Source: Candidatus Magasanikiibacteriota bacterium (GTDB taxonomy: Bacteria; Patescibacteriota; Patescibacteriia; Magasanikbacterales; GWA2-37-8). From it: DNA of 64,000 nucleotides. Shown here piece by piece: positions 53,317-62,972 of the stretch. Both the position numbers and the translations under genes were made by a program. The DNA lies in NCBI GenBank assembly GCA_009694865.1, contig SICD01000001.1, positions 403 through 64,402 on the forward strand. Direction: 5' to 3'. The notes under the pieces were generated by a model, which had not been told where the DNA came from, searched no databases, and saw only the letters and a list, made by a program, of their open reading frames with translations. The number at the start of each line of letters is the position of its first letter. Within the stretch, counting starts at the first letter, position 1.

Positions 53317-53835
53317 ATGAGTCGTGAAATCCCGCACCAGATGATGCTCTTGGCCTTTCTCTCGCTTTTCCGAGCGCTCCGCGTTCAGCGCCGCTTCTCG
53401 GTAGAACAGCGGGAGACGCTGGTCACGGCGCTGCCCCAACCGTACTCGCTCGGATCGGCTCCGATGGATCTGCAAATCGCCTGGAACATGCTGGGGCGGA
53501 CCCTCGACCTCCCTCTGGGAGAAACCGCCCTCAACAACGAACGCGGCCTCGCGAAGAAGGCTCCGCTCCGACCCACGAATTGGGATCTGATCGCCGCACT
53601 CGCGTCGCTGTTCCGTGTCCTCAAGGCAACACGAGCGTTCCGGCGAGAGAAACTTCATGAGCTCCGATGCCAGCTGCTGGAACCGCTCGGACGCGAGAGC
53701 CGGTACATGCCACCCGCCACAGCCTGGGAGACGATCAGGCTCGGACTCTTGCATGGCTCCTTTGAGATGCTCGGACTCTCGCTCAAGCACTTCAAGAAGA
53801 GGCATGCGGCTCCACAAAAGACGAAAACGGGGTGA
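53317..53835 (+). CDS. Hypothetical helical protein (172 aa) on high-G+C cassette C
   Basis: aaggagg at 53304-53310 precedes the ATG at 53317 (MSREIPHQMMLLAFLSLFRAL...). Visibly G+C-rich. A hairpin and a T-rich region follow the stop. The antisense ORFs 53263..53853, 53385..53624 and 53655..53843 are rejected. Confidence 0.5.
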   Translation: MSREIPHQMMLLAFLSLFRALRVQRRFSVEQRETLVTALPQPYSLGSAPMDLQIAWNMLGRTLDLPLGETALNNERGLAKKAPLRPTNWDLIAALASLFRVLKATRAFRREKLHELRCQLLEPLGRESRYMPPATAWETIRLGLLHGSFEMLGLSLKHFKKRHAAPQKTKTG

Positions 53836-53944
53836 ACCCCCAAGGAGAGACAACCAAAGGACGGCGAGCGACTCCGCTCGCCGTCCCAGCTTCTAAAAAA
53901 TAAACCAGTCGCTCACAAGTGACTGATTTTTATTTCTCCCGCCA

Positions 53945-55468
53945 TCAGTGGGATACCGCTCGCCGCGGGACAATTTGTCTCGTTCTTCGTTTTCTATGAA
54001 ACGTAATCGCGAACCGGTGCGCTTCGTCGCGAACCTGAATTAATAATCTCTGATGCCGAGTAACCCACGCAATAAATTCCGGACTCTTATCTCCTAAAAT
54101 TATATCGTTACGTTTGCGCTCTCTCCCTTTGGCAATACCGACGATTGGAATTCTGCGCACAGACGCATTGCTATGCGTCTCTACAAAGTTCCGCGCCCGA
54201 CTCACTTGCGGCCGTCCCCCGTCAATCAAAATGACATTTGGGAACTGCCATTCCGCGTGCTTAAACCGGCGCTCCAAAACTTCTGCCAATGAATCAACAT
54301 CACTCTGCCCAAAAACAGTTTTAATAATAAACTTTCGATACTCCGATTTCACCGGACCCTCCTCATTAAACACCACCATACTCCCCACTTTTTCGGAAGC
54401 ACCTAAGTTGGAAATATCATAACCTTCGATTCGGAGCTTCCTCTCCCCCCGAGCCCCCTCTCTGGCAGAGGGGGACACACCGCCTCCCCCTCTTTCTAAG
54501 AGGGGGCGTGGGGGAGTTGCCGTCGCCGTGTCAACAAAACTCTTATTCAAAAGCGCAATATCCTGAATTCTACGCAGAGAGTGTAATTGGTCACGCAGTC
54601 TCGCCGCGTCTTCAAACCGCTCGTCTTTCCCCGCCCGCTTCATCTCCATTTCAAAAATTTTAATAACCTGCTTTTTCCGACCTGACAAAAATGTCACCAG
54701 CGGCCGAATGATCTGCCGTCGATACTCGGCTGAACTAATCTCACCCGTGCACACCCCCGGACACCACCCCATTTGGCGATACAGGCACACTCGACTTCCA
54801 GGCACACAATTACTAAACCGAAACATCCGCCGCAACAACTTCATCGCCGCCTTCGTATTCAACCCCGGATACGGCCCAAAAACATAGGCAAAGGCGTCAT
54901 CACGAGCGAGCTTAAGGCGAGCGTCGTGATCCCCTTGCTGTAAAAACTTATTTAGTTCGGGGGATTGCGACGTCGCTGCGCTCCTCGCAATGACGCTGTA
55001 CTCCCGCTCCCGCATTGTCAAAACTTTTGGATATTCGTCTTTGCTGACGAGAATATAATTCCAACTCTTATCATCCTTTCCATCCACATTATACTTGGGC
55101 TGGAATTTTTTAATGTACTCCGCTTCCAAAATAATCGCCTCAAGCGCCGACTCGGTCTCCTTCCACTTAATATCTACCACCTCATGAATCATTCCCTCAA
55201 TCGGACGACTCACAACCGCACTGTCATTCTGAGCGGAGGCTCGCGCCGTAGTCGAAGAATCCCTCTCACCGTGGTAAGGGGATTTCTCCACTTCGTTCCT
55301 TTGTCGCTGTGGTCGGAATGACAATCGAAAATACGACCGCACCCGACTCCGGAGCGACGTCGCCTTGCCCACATACACCAATTCTTTTTGGGAATTATAA
55401 AAAAGATATACCCCCGGCGAATCTGGCAAACTAACTAAAATTTTACCGACACCATCTGCCTTATCCAT
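53945..55468 (-). CDS. uvrC: Excinuclease ABC subunit C, with in-frame repeat insertions
   Basis: GIY-YIG N-terminus (PGVYLFYNSQKELVYVGKA) and a UvrC RNaseH-like/endonuclease C-terminal region. The hairpin cluster 54425-54520, the A3 half-element 54959-54995 and MITE 55221-55324 are all translated in-frame. Confidence 0.85.
   Translation of the reverse strand: MDKADGVGKILVSLPDSPGVYLFYNSQKELVYVGKATSLRSRVRSYFRLSFRPQRQRNEVEKSPYHGERDSSTTARASAQNDSAVVSRPIEGMIHEVVDIKWKETESALEAIILEAEYIKKFQPKYNVDGKDDKSWNYILVSKDEYPKVLTMREREYSVIARSAATSQSPELNKFLQQGDHDARLKLARDDAFAYVFGPYPGLNTKAAMKLLRRMFRFSNCVPGSRVCLYRQMGWCPGVCTGEISSAEYRRQIIRPLVTFLSGRKKQVIKIFEMEMKRAGKDERFEDAARLRDQLHSLRRIQDIALLNKSFVDTATATPPRPLLERGGGGVSPSAREGARGERKLRIEGYDISNLGASEKVGSMVVFNEEGPVKSEYRKFIIKTVFGQSDVDSLAEVLERRFKHAEWQFPNVILIDGGRPQVSRARNFVETHSNASVRRIPIVGIAKGRERKRNDIILGDKSPEFIAWVTRHQRLLIQVRDEAHRFAITFHRKRRTRQIVPRRAVSH
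54959..54995. repeat. Half copy of MITE subfamily A3 in-frame within uvrC
   Basis: gggggattgcgacgtcgctgcgctcctcgcaatgacgc. Confidence 0.55.
55221..55324. repeat. MITE family A copy in-frame within uvrC
   Basis: ctgtcattctgagcggaggctcgcgccgtagtcgaagaatccctctcaccgtggtaaggggatttctccacttcgttcctttgtcgctgtggtcggaatgacaa. Confidence 0.65.
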
Positions 55469-55552
55469 AAAATTATTGCCTCTAAAAATAACTTATGCTA
55501 TAATTATCTTTGTTCGTGGCGACACCGTCGCGATATTTAATTATTATACACT

Positions 55553-56143
55553 ATGACCAAACACTATCGGCTCATGGGTTTAGTTACCACTTCGCTCGGG
55601 GCAGCATTACTGTTGGGCGGCGGAGGCTGCGGCAGCACACCTATCACCACCCTAACCACAACCAAAGAAGAAACCAAAGCTCCTGTCGTTGCCATGAGCA
55701 CCTTTGCCAACTCTAAATATCATTTCGAAATTCAATATCCCAGCGACTGGATGATGAACGACAAAGACGCTGCAACCGCGGTTAAATTATTCTCTCCCCT
55801 CGAAAGTGCCGCTGACACCTTTCGCGAAAACATAAATGTCATCGAGAAAGACTACTCCCAGTATACCATCACACTCGACCAATATTTTCAACTTAACCTA
55901 AAGGATATCACCGCCGCGCCTAACTTTAAACAAGTGGAATCTAAAAATACTACCATTGCCGGCCAACCAGCGAAAAAATTGGTTTTCATGGCCACCCTCG
56001 ATGACCAAAACTTGGAATTTCTCCAATATTACATCTTAAAAGACAAACGAACCTACATTATAACCTGCACCACCCCACCCGATACCTTCAAAAAATTCAC
56101 TCCCACCTGTGAAAAACTTATTGGGACATTCAAACTGAAATAA
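55553..56143 (+). CDS. Lipoprotein (196 aa), hypothetical
   Basis: Lipobox LLGGGGCGS after a signal peptide. It is followed by a terminator at 56178-56207. Confidence 0.6.
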   Translation: MTKHYRLMGLVTTSLGAALLLGGGGCGSTPITTLTTTKEETKAPVVAMSTFANSKYHFEIQYPSDWMMNDKDAATAVKLFSPLESAADTFRENINVIEKDYSQYTITLDQYFQLNLKDITAAPNFKQVESKNTTIAGQPAKKLVFMATLDDQNLEFLQYYILKDKRTYIITCTTPPDTFKKFTPTCEKLIGTFKLK

Positions 56144-56177
56144 TCACTTCCAGAAAACAACCCCAACAACCCCTTCC

Positions 56178-56207
56178 GATCCCGACTCCGTCGGGGTCGG
56201 TTTTTTT
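56178..56207 (+). terminator. Rho-independent terminator after the lipoprotein gene
   Basis: cccgactccgtcggggtcgg followed by ttttttt. Confidence 0.55.
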
Positions 56208-56291
56208 ATGTGCTTTTTTTATGTGCTTTACAAACCCCTTCCAATTTGCTAATTTATAAGTACTGTCCAAAACGACAGTGAGGAAAAAACC

Positions 56292-56531
56292 ATGATATCT
56301 TGCCGATTGTCGGGTACGGTTGCTCGGCTGCTCAAGCCGGGCGAAAACTTTCACCTGGGGCACGACTGCTACACGCATGCCACCGCACCGCCCGCCTGGA
56401 GTGCGGGCGAGGTGTTCGGCGAATGCAAGAATCTGTGGGCCACCCCGCTCGACGGCGGAGAGATGAAACAGATCTCCGCGGAAACGTCCGTCCACATCAT
56501 CCCGCCCCCCAAGGTCAAAATCGGCCAGTAG
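56292..56531 (+). CDS. Small hypothetical protein (79 aa) on a high-G+C island (cassette D)
   Basis: gtgaggaaaaaacc precedes the ATG at 56292. G+C-rich (MISCRLSGTVARLLKPGENFHLGHDCYTHATAPPAWSAGEVFGECKNLW...). A hairpin plus T-run lies at about 56549-56624. Confidence 0.45.
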   Translation: MISCRLSGTVARLLKPGENFHLGHDCYTHATAPPAWSAGEVFGECKNLWATPLDGGEMKQISAETSVHIIPPPKVKIGQ

Positions 56532-56666
56532 CCGCCGGGGGAGCAATCAGCATCCGCTCCCTGTTACCCCGATAATTAATTGTCGGAATAACAAGGAGGT
56601 ATCCGCGGATGCTTTTTGTTTTATTTAACTTAAAACGCCTTGCCTCACCCTTCGAGAACGACGGGG

Positions 56667-56695
56667 TTGACAAATAGCGACTCTCTCATTAGAAT
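56667..56695 (+). promoter_or_regulatory. Sigma70-like promoter TTGACA-N17-TAGAAT upstream of cassette E
   Basis: ttgaca at 56667-56672, a 17-nt spacer, tagaat at 56690-56695. Confidence 0.45.
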
Positions 56696-56758
56696 TACCC
56701 GCATCAGTAACCTGTTCCGCCGACGGTCGGCGGCCAACGTTCTGAAAGGAGCAATGCG

Positions 56759-56932
56759 ATGTCGAGATTAATCGTGTTCGGTTCCGGAGTGGCCCTGATC
56801 ATCAGCGCCGCGATCGTGGTCATGATCAAGGAGGTCCTCAAAAAGAAGACGGGAGAGGGACTGTACTGGCTCGCTGCCGTGCTGATCCTCGCCGGAGCGG
56901 CCCTCGCCTTTCCCGCCTTATACGACCCATGA
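56759..56932 (+). CDS. Small two-TM membrane protein (57 aa) on a high-G+C island (cassette E). It is not in the ORF track because it is under 60 aa.
   Basis: aaggag precedes the ATG at 56759. Hand translation gives MSRLIVFGSGVALIISAAIVVMIKEVLKKKTGEGLYWLAAVLILAGAALAFPALYDP, ending at the stop at 56930-56932. G+C-rich. The antisense ORF 56704..56940 is rejected. Confidence 0.4.
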   Translation: MSRLIVFGSGVALIISAAIVVMIKEVLKKKTGEGLYWLAAVLILAGAALAFPALYDP

Positions 56933-57158
56933 CCGCCCACCAGCCCCGCCGTGCGCCCTGCGCGCCGGCGGGCTTCCTATTTTAAATGATCTTAAATATA
57001 TGCACTGCTGTACCATTACACGAGTACACATATCTCTCAACTATTTTTATTAGCACCACCCCGGGGTCTGGGGGTCCAGCTGTTTGAGCGTCCTGCCATA
57101 CACAATAACTTTAGCCACATGACGACTAAGCGAGTTTTGGACCCCCAGCAGTTTTTTG

Positions 57159-57186
57159 GATACTTTTTTGCTGCCAAAAAAGTATC
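57159..57186. terminator. Bidirectional intrinsic terminator (perfect 12-bp inverted repeat with T-runs on both strands) between cassette E and the convergent uvrA
   Basis: gatacttttttg-ctgc-caaaaaagtatc. Confidence 0.5.
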
Positions 57187-57260
57187 ATCGCAATTATTTC
57201 AAAACCCGCTTCAAATACTGCCCCGCCTTCGCTAAAGCTTCGGCGGGCAAGCCTGTAAAA

Positions 57261-60092
57261 CTATTTAAGCACACGTTTAAGGTATTGCCCGGTGAAAGAA
57301 GCGGATTTCTTAGCAACTTCTTCCGGTGTCCCGCTGGCAACAACCTCACCCCCCTTATCCCCCCCCTCCGGCCCCAAATCAATAATCCAATCCGCGCATT
57401 TAATCACATCCAAATTATGTTCAATCACCATCACGGTATTCCCTTGTCCAACAAGTCGTTGGAGCACATCAAGCAACTTCCGCACATCATCATAATGCAA
57501 ACCCGTCGTCGGCTCATCCAGCAAATACAACGTCTTAGTCGTGCCGTGTTTTGCCAACTCCCGGCTAAGTTTAATCCGCTGTGCTTCCCCGCCCGACAGC
57601 GTCGTTGCCGATTGTCCCAAGGTTAAATAATCCAACCCCACCTCATTTAACATTTTCAATTTATCTTCCACCAGCGGAATATCTTTAAAAAACTCTTCCG
57701 CGTCTTCAATTGTCATGTTCAAAACATCCGAAATATTCTTGTCTTTATAATGCACCTGTAAAATTTCGTTGGTAAACCGTTTGCCGCGGCACACATCACA
57801 AATAATTTGCACGCTCGGCAAGAAATGCATCTCAATTTCTAAATTTCCTCGGCCTTCACAGTTTTCACAACGCCCACCTGGGACGTTAAAGCTAAATTTA
57901 CCAGATTTGTACCCCCGAATTTTTGCCTCTGGAGTTGACGCGAATAATTCCCGAATAAAATCGAAGGCTTTCGTATACGTCGCCGGGTTACTACGCGGCG
58001 TGCGCCCAATCGCGCTCTGGTCAATCGTAATCATCCGATCAATATATTCGGTCCCGGTGATTTCCAAATGCTTGCCGACCGATTTATTAAGACGAAATAA
58101 ACGATTGTTAATCGAGCGATGCAAAATATCGTGCATTAAAGTAGATTTTCCCGATCCGGAAACACCGGTAAGGCATACAAACCGTCGCAGAGGAATCTCC
58201 ACGGTAATATTTTTCAAATTATGTTCCGTCGCTTTCTTAATTTTAATTTTCGGCGTCGCCCCATCTACTTTCCGTCGCTTTTCGGGTACAGGAACTTTTA
58301 ATTCGCCGCGGAGGTATTGGCCGGTGAGAGATTTTGCTGGGTCGCCTTGGGTAGCGGCAAATACGGACTGCCCCCTCGAGGGGGCCTCACGGGGGTGTAA
58401 GACCGCTGCGTGGCCGTTTCGACTTCGCTCAAGGCCACCCTGAGCAAGGTCGAATTGGTGGCGGTCGTCGATTGAGCGACGCAAAGGACTCACACCCCCC
58501 CGAACGCCCTGCGGGGCGCCCCCCTCGAGGGGGGATTTGGCGAGCATCACCTCTAACGGCCCCGAAAACACCACTTCCCCACCATGCTTCCCCGCCCCCG
58601 GTCCAATGTCCACAATCCAATCACTCACCATAATCGTATCCTCATCATGCTCCACAACAATAATGGTATTCCCCACATCACACAAATTCCGGAGCGTCCT
58701 CACTAGTCGGTCGTTATCCCGTTGATGCAACCCAATCGTTGGTTCATCCAGTACATACAAAGCACCAACCAGTCGCGTGCCCACTTGTGATGCTAACCGA
58801 ATACGCTGTGCCTCACCTCCCGACAGAGTGCCCGCTTTCCGATTAAGTGTTAGATAATGCAAACCAACATCAAACATGAACTGCAAACGATTGCAGACTT
58901 CCTTCAATACCGCCCCGGCAATTTCGCGTTGCGTTTCCGGCAATTCCATATCCACGCTCGCAAAAAATTCCCGCGCTTCGGCAATCGATAAATTTGTTAC
59001 TTCCCAAATATTTTTATCCACCACTTTCACGCTCAAGGCCGTGGCGTTTAACCGCTTGCCTTTACACACCGGACACTCTTCTTCACTGAATAATTCTTTA
59101 GTGCCCAAACCAGTACACGCTTGGCAATAACCATAAGGACTGTTAAAACTAAACAACCGCGGTTCAATTTCCGGAAAACTAAAACCATCTTTAGGGCAAG
59201 AATATTCGGTGCTATAAATATGTTCCTCGCCGCTGGGGTACAAGACCGTACAAAGGCCGTTGGAAAGTTCCACCGCATTGGCTACTGCTTCGCCCAAACG
59301 CTGTTCAACGTCTTTCTTTGTCATCCCGACAGAGGCTCGCGCCGACGAGGTCGAAGATCCTCCGAGGAGGAGATCTCTGTCTATCGTTTGGTGAGCCAGA
59401 GATTTCTCCTTCGCCGTCGAAATGACAGACAACGCTGCCATTGGAATTTTATCAACAATTACTTCAATAGTATGTTTATCATTTTTTTCTAAAATAACCC
59501 GTTCACGCAAACTTTTTATATTGCCATCCACTCGCACCTCTAAATATCCGGAATTATAAACATCATACAACATCTGATAATATTCGCCTTTGCGTCCGCG
59601 TACTACCGGAGAAAATAAAATTAATTCAGGAGCCTTTTTTGTTTTCCCACCATCTTGTTTTAGTGCTTTTTTAATTTTTTCTATCATCTGATCGGTCGTC
59701 ATTTTCTGAATTTTCGTGCCACAAAGCGGACAATGCGGCTCGCCTACTCGGGCAAATAAAACACGGAGATAATCATAAATCTCCGTGATCGTCGCCACGG
59801 TGGAACGCGGATTCGCACTGTGCGCTTTTTGATCGATCGAAATTGCCGGCGACAACCCTTCAATTTCATCCACATCCGGCTTTTGCATGCCACCCAAAAA
59901 CTGCCGCGCGTAAGCCGACAAACTTTCAATATACCGCCGCTGACCTTCCGCAAAAATCGTATCAAAAGCCAAGCTCGATTTTCCCGAACCTGATAATCCT
60001 GTAAACACAATCATTTTATTCCGCGGCAGTTCCAAATTAATATTCTTGAGATTGTGTTCTCGCGCCCCTTTGATTATAATTTTGTCTTGCAT
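57261..60092 (-). CDS. uvrA: Excinuclease ABC subunit A, with in-frame repeat insertions
   Basis: The start [20 protein letters not shown] is the canonical UvrA N-terminus (ATG at 60090-60092). It has two ABC ATPase modules and zinc-finger Cys clusters. MITE 59318-59428 and the two ccccctcgaggggg hairpin regions at 58371-58384 and 58519-58534 are translated in-frame. Confidence 0.9.
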   Translation of the reverse strand: MQDKIIIKGAREHNLKNINLELPRNKMIVFTGLSGSGKSSLAFDTIFAEGQRRYIESLSAYARQFLGGMQKPDVDEIEGLSPAISIDQKAHSANPRSTVATITEIYDYLRVLFARVGEPHCPLCGTKIQKMTTDQMIEKIKKALKQDGGKTKKAPELILFSPVVRGRKGEYYQMLYDVYNSGYLEVRVDGNIKSLRERVILEKNDKHTIEVIVDKIPMAALSVISTAKEKSLAHQTIDRDLLLGGSSTSSARASVGMTKKDVEQRLGEAVANAVELSNGLCTVLYPSGEEHIYSTEYSCPKDGFSFPEIEPRLFSFNSPYGYCQACTGLGTKELFSEEECPVCKGKRLNATALSVKVVDKNIWEVTNLSIAEAREFFASVDMELPETQREIAGAVLKEVCNRLQFMFDVGLHYLTLNRKAGTLSGGEAQRIRLASQVGTRLVGALYVLDEPTIGLHQRDNDRLVRTLRNLCDVGNTIIVVEHDEDTIMVSDWIVDIGPGAGKHGGEVVFSGPLEVMLAKSPLEGGAPQGVRGGVSPLRRSIDDRHQFDLAQGGLERSRNGHAAVLHPREAPSRGQSVFAATQGDPAKSLTGQYLRGELKVPVPEKRRKVDGATPKIKIKKATEHNLKNITVEIPLRRFVCLTGVSGSGKSTLMHDILHRSINNRLFRLNKSVGKHLEITGTEYIDRMITIDQSAIGRTPRSNPATYTKAFDFIRELFASTPEAKIRGYKSGKFSFNVPGGRCENCEGRGNLEIEMHFLPSVQIICDVCRGKRFTNEILQVHYKDKNISDVLNMTIEDAEEFFKDIPLVEDKLKMLNEVGLDYLTLGQSATTLSGGEAQRIKLSRELAKHGTTKTLYLLDEPTTGLHYDDVRKLLDVLQRLVGQGNTVMVIEHNLDVIKCADWIIDLGPEGGDKGGEVVASGTPEEVAKKSASFTGQYLKRVLK
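59318..59428. repeat. MITE family A copy in-frame within uvrA
   Basis: ttgtcatcccgacagaggctcgcgccgacgaggtcgaagatcctccgaggaggagatctctgtctatcgtttggtgagccagagatttctccttcgccgtcgaaatgacag. Confidence 0.65.
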
Positions 60093-60100
60093 GTGATTCG

Positions 60101-60182
60101 ACAGAATCATGCCGAGCAATGTCCTTTGAAGCTCGGCGGATTTAACAGAATCATGCCGAGCAATGTCCTTTGAAGCTCGACG
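60101..60182. repeat. Tandem duplication (2 copies of 38 bp, period 44) of a hairpin-containing 38-mer in the uvrA 5' leader
   Basis: acagaatcatgccgagcaatgtcctttgaagctcg[g/a]cg at 60101-60138 and 60145-60182. Each copy contains the stem gccgagc/gctcggc. Confidence 0.65.
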
Positions 60183-60323
60183 AATTAGTGGACAGTGTAA
60201 TAGCGTTTAAAAAAATTGCGGCTTACAACGGCGGCACTATAGCATTGTCGCCATTACCACTTTTCTTGATAATTGACAAACCAGTCAGCCATAGATACAC
60301 TTATGGCCAAGGAGGCAACAACC

Positions 60324-60515
60324 ATGTCGGGGAACGAGCGTGAAGCCCGCCGCGGCGGGCAAATCTGTTTTTCTCTGGGTGCTTTGCTCGGCGGACTCTG
60401 TGGCTGGGCCTTCAGCGGCCAGCCGCTCGAGGGGCTAGCGATCGGCCTCAGTATCGGTCTGTTCTTCGGAGGGTTTATCTACCTCCGTGACCGCCGGCCA
60501 CCGCCGGCCATGTGA
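60324..60515 (+). CDS. Small glycine-zipper membrane protein (63 aa), GlsB/YeaQ/YmgE-like (transglycosylase-associated protein family), on high-G+C cassette F
   Basis: ggagg at 60311-60315 precedes the ATG at 60324 (MSGNEREARRGGQICFSLGALLGGLCGWAFSGQPLEGLAIGLSIGLFFGGFIYLR...). G+C-rich. A terminator hairpin at 60583-60600 plus a T-run overlaps the 3' end of uvrB. An alternative ATG lies at 60303. Confidence 0.45.
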   Translation: MSGNEREARRGGQICFSLGALLGGLCGWAFSGQPLEGLAIGLSIGLFFGGFIYLRDRRPPPAM

Positions 60516-60570
60516 GGAGCCGTGTCCCACCTCGTGCCGGGCTCCGCCATCGCGCGGACCCGGCACACTT

Positions 60571-62931
60571 CTACCCATTGCCCCCGACCACTCGGTCGGG
60601 TTTTTTATTAGAGAGCGCTTTGATTTTCGGCGTTCCCGAAACTTTCACCCTCGTCCGCAATTCCCGCAACTCATCCCTGAGTATCGCCGCCAACTCAAAC
60701 TCTAACCCCTTCGCCGCCTCCCGCATCTGTTTCTCTTTATCTTTAATAATTTCCTCCATCGGCCGCGCATCGCCGAGCAAATCCAAATCAAGAGTTGAAA
60801 TCGCTCCGGTGCGGCCTTTTAGCCCTCTCCCGGCTCTCGCGCCTTTTGAGCCTTTAGCATTTCCCCCATCTCGACTAACACCAAACTCTTCGAGAATATT
60901 CCTAATTGTTTTTTCAATCGTCTTCGGCGTAATGCCATGTTCTTTATTATACGCCAACTGAATTGTGCGACGACGGTCTGTTTCTTTAATCGCTCGTTCC
61001 ATGGAACCCGTCATATTATCCGCATACAACACTACTTGCCCATTCACATTCCGCGCCGCCCGGCCAATCGTCTGAATGAGTGACGTTTCACTGCGCAAAA
61101 ATCCTTCTTTATCCGCGTCTAAAATTGCCACCAGTGATACCTCGGGCATGTCAAGCCCTTCGCGCAACAAGTTAACCCCCACCAACACATCATGTTTACC
61201 CAGCCGCAAATCCATAATAATCTCAATCCGTTCCAACGTGAGCACATCACTATGAATATACGCCACTTTAATTTTTTTCTCTTTTAAATACTCCGTTAAA
61301 TCCTCCGCCATTTTTTTCGTGAGGGTGGTCACGAGCACTCGCTCACCCTGCTTAATCCGTTCGTCGATGCGGATAAGGAGGTCCTCGACTTGCGACTTTC
61401 CTAAATTGTCATTCTGAGCCCCGTCAGGGGTGGCCGAAGAATCTTCCTTTTTTCTATTCGGAAGATCCTTCGCTCCGCTCAGGATGACATTTTTATTTTT
61501 ACCGGTGATGGGCCTCACCACCACCTCTGGATCAATCAACCCCGTCGGCCGCACCACCTGCTCCACAACTTGCTCACTTTCCTTAATTTCATAGGGTGTT
61601 GGCGTAGCAGACACGTACACAAGCTGTCCCACACGCTCTTCAAATTCCTTATACTGAAGCGGCCGATTATCACGCGCACTGGGAAGACGAAAACCATGCT
61701 CAACCAGAGTATCTTTGCGTGCCCGGTCGCCATTATACATCCCTCTGATTTGAGGAACGGTAACGTGGGACTCGTCGATGATGGTGAGGAACCCCCGAGA
61801 CATCCCCTCACCCGACCTCTCCCGCGGGGAGAGGAGGCGCTTCCCCTCGCCCCGCGGGAGAGGGACGGAGGGTGAGGGTTCGGTCGCACTATACCTAAAA
61901 TAATCCAACAACGTAAACGGCGGCTCCCCTTCCGCGCGCCCTTCAAAATGCCGCGAATAATTTTCAATGCCGTTGCAATACCCAATATTTTTTATCATCT
62001 CCAAATCATACGCCACTCGCCGCTTTAACCGTTCATATTCCAAAACTTTCCCCTGCCGTTCAAACACCGCGAGTTGTTCGTCGAGCTCGCTTTTGATTCT
62101 CGCAAACGCCTGTTGACGAGAGGCCTCACTCACCACATAATGCTTCGCCGGAAAAAACCAAACATCAGACTCGCGCCTGATGTTTGTCCTGAGGCCGCGC
62201 ACGGCCGAAGGACCCCTCTCATCAACATCCGAACTAGCAAGAACCGCCCGAGTAACACGATCTAATTTTTCAATTCGGTCGATATGGCTCGAGATCTCGA
62301 ATCGATAAATCGCATCCTCATTCACCGGCATTATTTCAAACACCTGCCCGTGCAACCGAAAACTGCCCCGCTTTAGTTCGCTGTTCGTCCGCTCAAATTG
62401 CATCGCGACCAATTGTTCCAACATCGCCCGCCGATCAAGTTCATCCCCCCGTCGCAAATGCAAAACAATTTTTTCATATTCTTTAGGAGACCCCAAACCG
62501 TAAATCGCCGAAACCGATGCCACAATAATAACATCCCGCCGCGTCAACAACGCCTGCGTACACGCATGCCGCAACCGATCAATCTCCTCGTTCACCTGCG
62601 CCTCTTTTTCAATATAAGTATCACTCCCCGGCATATACGCCTCGGGCTGGTAGTAATCATAATAACTAACAAAATATTCTACCGCGTTATCAGGAAAAAA
62701 TTCCCGAAATTCATTACACAACTGCGCCGCCAAAGTTTTGTTATGCGCAATAACAAGCGTTGGCATTTGCACCTGTTGAATCACATTCGCCATCGTAAAG
62801 GTCTTTCCCGAACCGGTTACGCCAAGCAATGTCTGCTTCCGCATTCCCTGCTCCAAACCCAAAACAAGCCTTTCAATGGCTTTGGGCTGGTCTCCATCTG
62901 GCTGGTATTTTGATTTTATTTTGAATTGCAT
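60571..62931 (-). CDS. uvrB: Excinuclease ABC subunit B, with in-frame repeat insertions
   Basis: The start [22 protein letters not shown] is the UvrB N-terminus (ATG at 62929-62931). Helicase motifs GVTGSGKT and the C-terminal UVR domain are present. MITE 61406-61490 and the family-B element 61803-61877 are read through in-frame (...[26 protein letters not shown]...). Confidence 0.9.
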   Translation of the reverse strand: MQFKIKSKYQPDGDQPKAIERLVLGLEQGMRKQTLLGVTGSGKTFTMANVIQQVQMPTLVIAHNKTLAAQLCNEFREFFPDNAVEYFVSYYDYYQPEAYMPGSDTYIEKEAQVNEEIDRLRHACTQALLTRRDVIIVASVSAIYGLGSPKEYEKIVLHLRRGDELDRRAMLEQLVAMQFERTNSELKRGSFRLHGQVFEIMPVNEDAIYRFEISSHIDRIEKLDRVTRAVLASSDVDERGPSAVRGLRTNIRRESDVWFFPAKHYVVSEASRQQAFARIKSELDEQLAVFERQGKVLEYERLKRRVAYDLEMIKNIGYCNGIENYSRHFEGRAEGEPPFTLLDYFRYSATEPSPSVPLPRGEGKRLLSPRERSGEGMSRGFLTIIDESHVTVPQIRGMYNGDRARKDTLVEHGFRLPSARDNRPLQYKEFEERVGQLVYVSATPTPYEIKESEQVVEQVVRPTGLIDPEVVVRPITGKNKNVILSGAKDLPNRKKEDSSATPDGAQNDNLGKSQVEDLLIRIDERIKQGERVLVTTLTKKMAEDLTEYLKEKKIKVAYIHSDVLTLERIEIIMDLRLGKHDVLVGVNLLREGLDMPEVSLVAILDADKEGFLRSETSLIQTIGRAARNVNGQVVLYADNMTGSMERAIKETDRRRTIQLAYNKEHGITPKTIEKTIRNILEEFGVSRDGGNAKGSKGARAGRGLKGRTGAISTLDLDLLGDARPMEEIIKDKEKQMREAAKGLEFELAAILRDELRELRTRVKVSGTPKIKALSNKKPDRVVGGNG
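61406..61490. repeat. MITE subfamily A2 copy in-frame within uvrB
   Basis: ttgtcattctgagccccgtcaggggtggccgaagaatcttccttttttctattcggaagatccttcgctccgctcaggatgacat. Confidence 0.65.
61803..61877. repeat. Palindromic element family B copy in-frame within uvrB
   Basis: tcccctcacccgacctctcccgcggggagaggaggcgcttcccctcgccccgcgggagagggacggagggtgaggg. Nearly identical to 6747-6824. Confidence 0.65.
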
Positions 62932-62972
62932 GCTGTATGTGTCATTGCGAGGAGGAAAAAATCTACCGCCGA

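Noticed and set aside
56585-56670. 22-codon ORF (MLFVLFNLKRLASPFENDGVDK) preceded by aaggagg inside the terminator of cassette D
   Set aside because: Its start codon lies within the 3' arm of the terminator hairpin. It is more likely a coincidental overlap than a leader peptide, so I kept it only as a note.
60273-60323. Longer start (ATG 60303, or the ORF-track 60273) for the glycine-zipper protein
   Set aside because: GGAGG at 60311-60315 is optimally spaced for the ATG at 60324. The upstream ATG has no SD. The call is uncertain.
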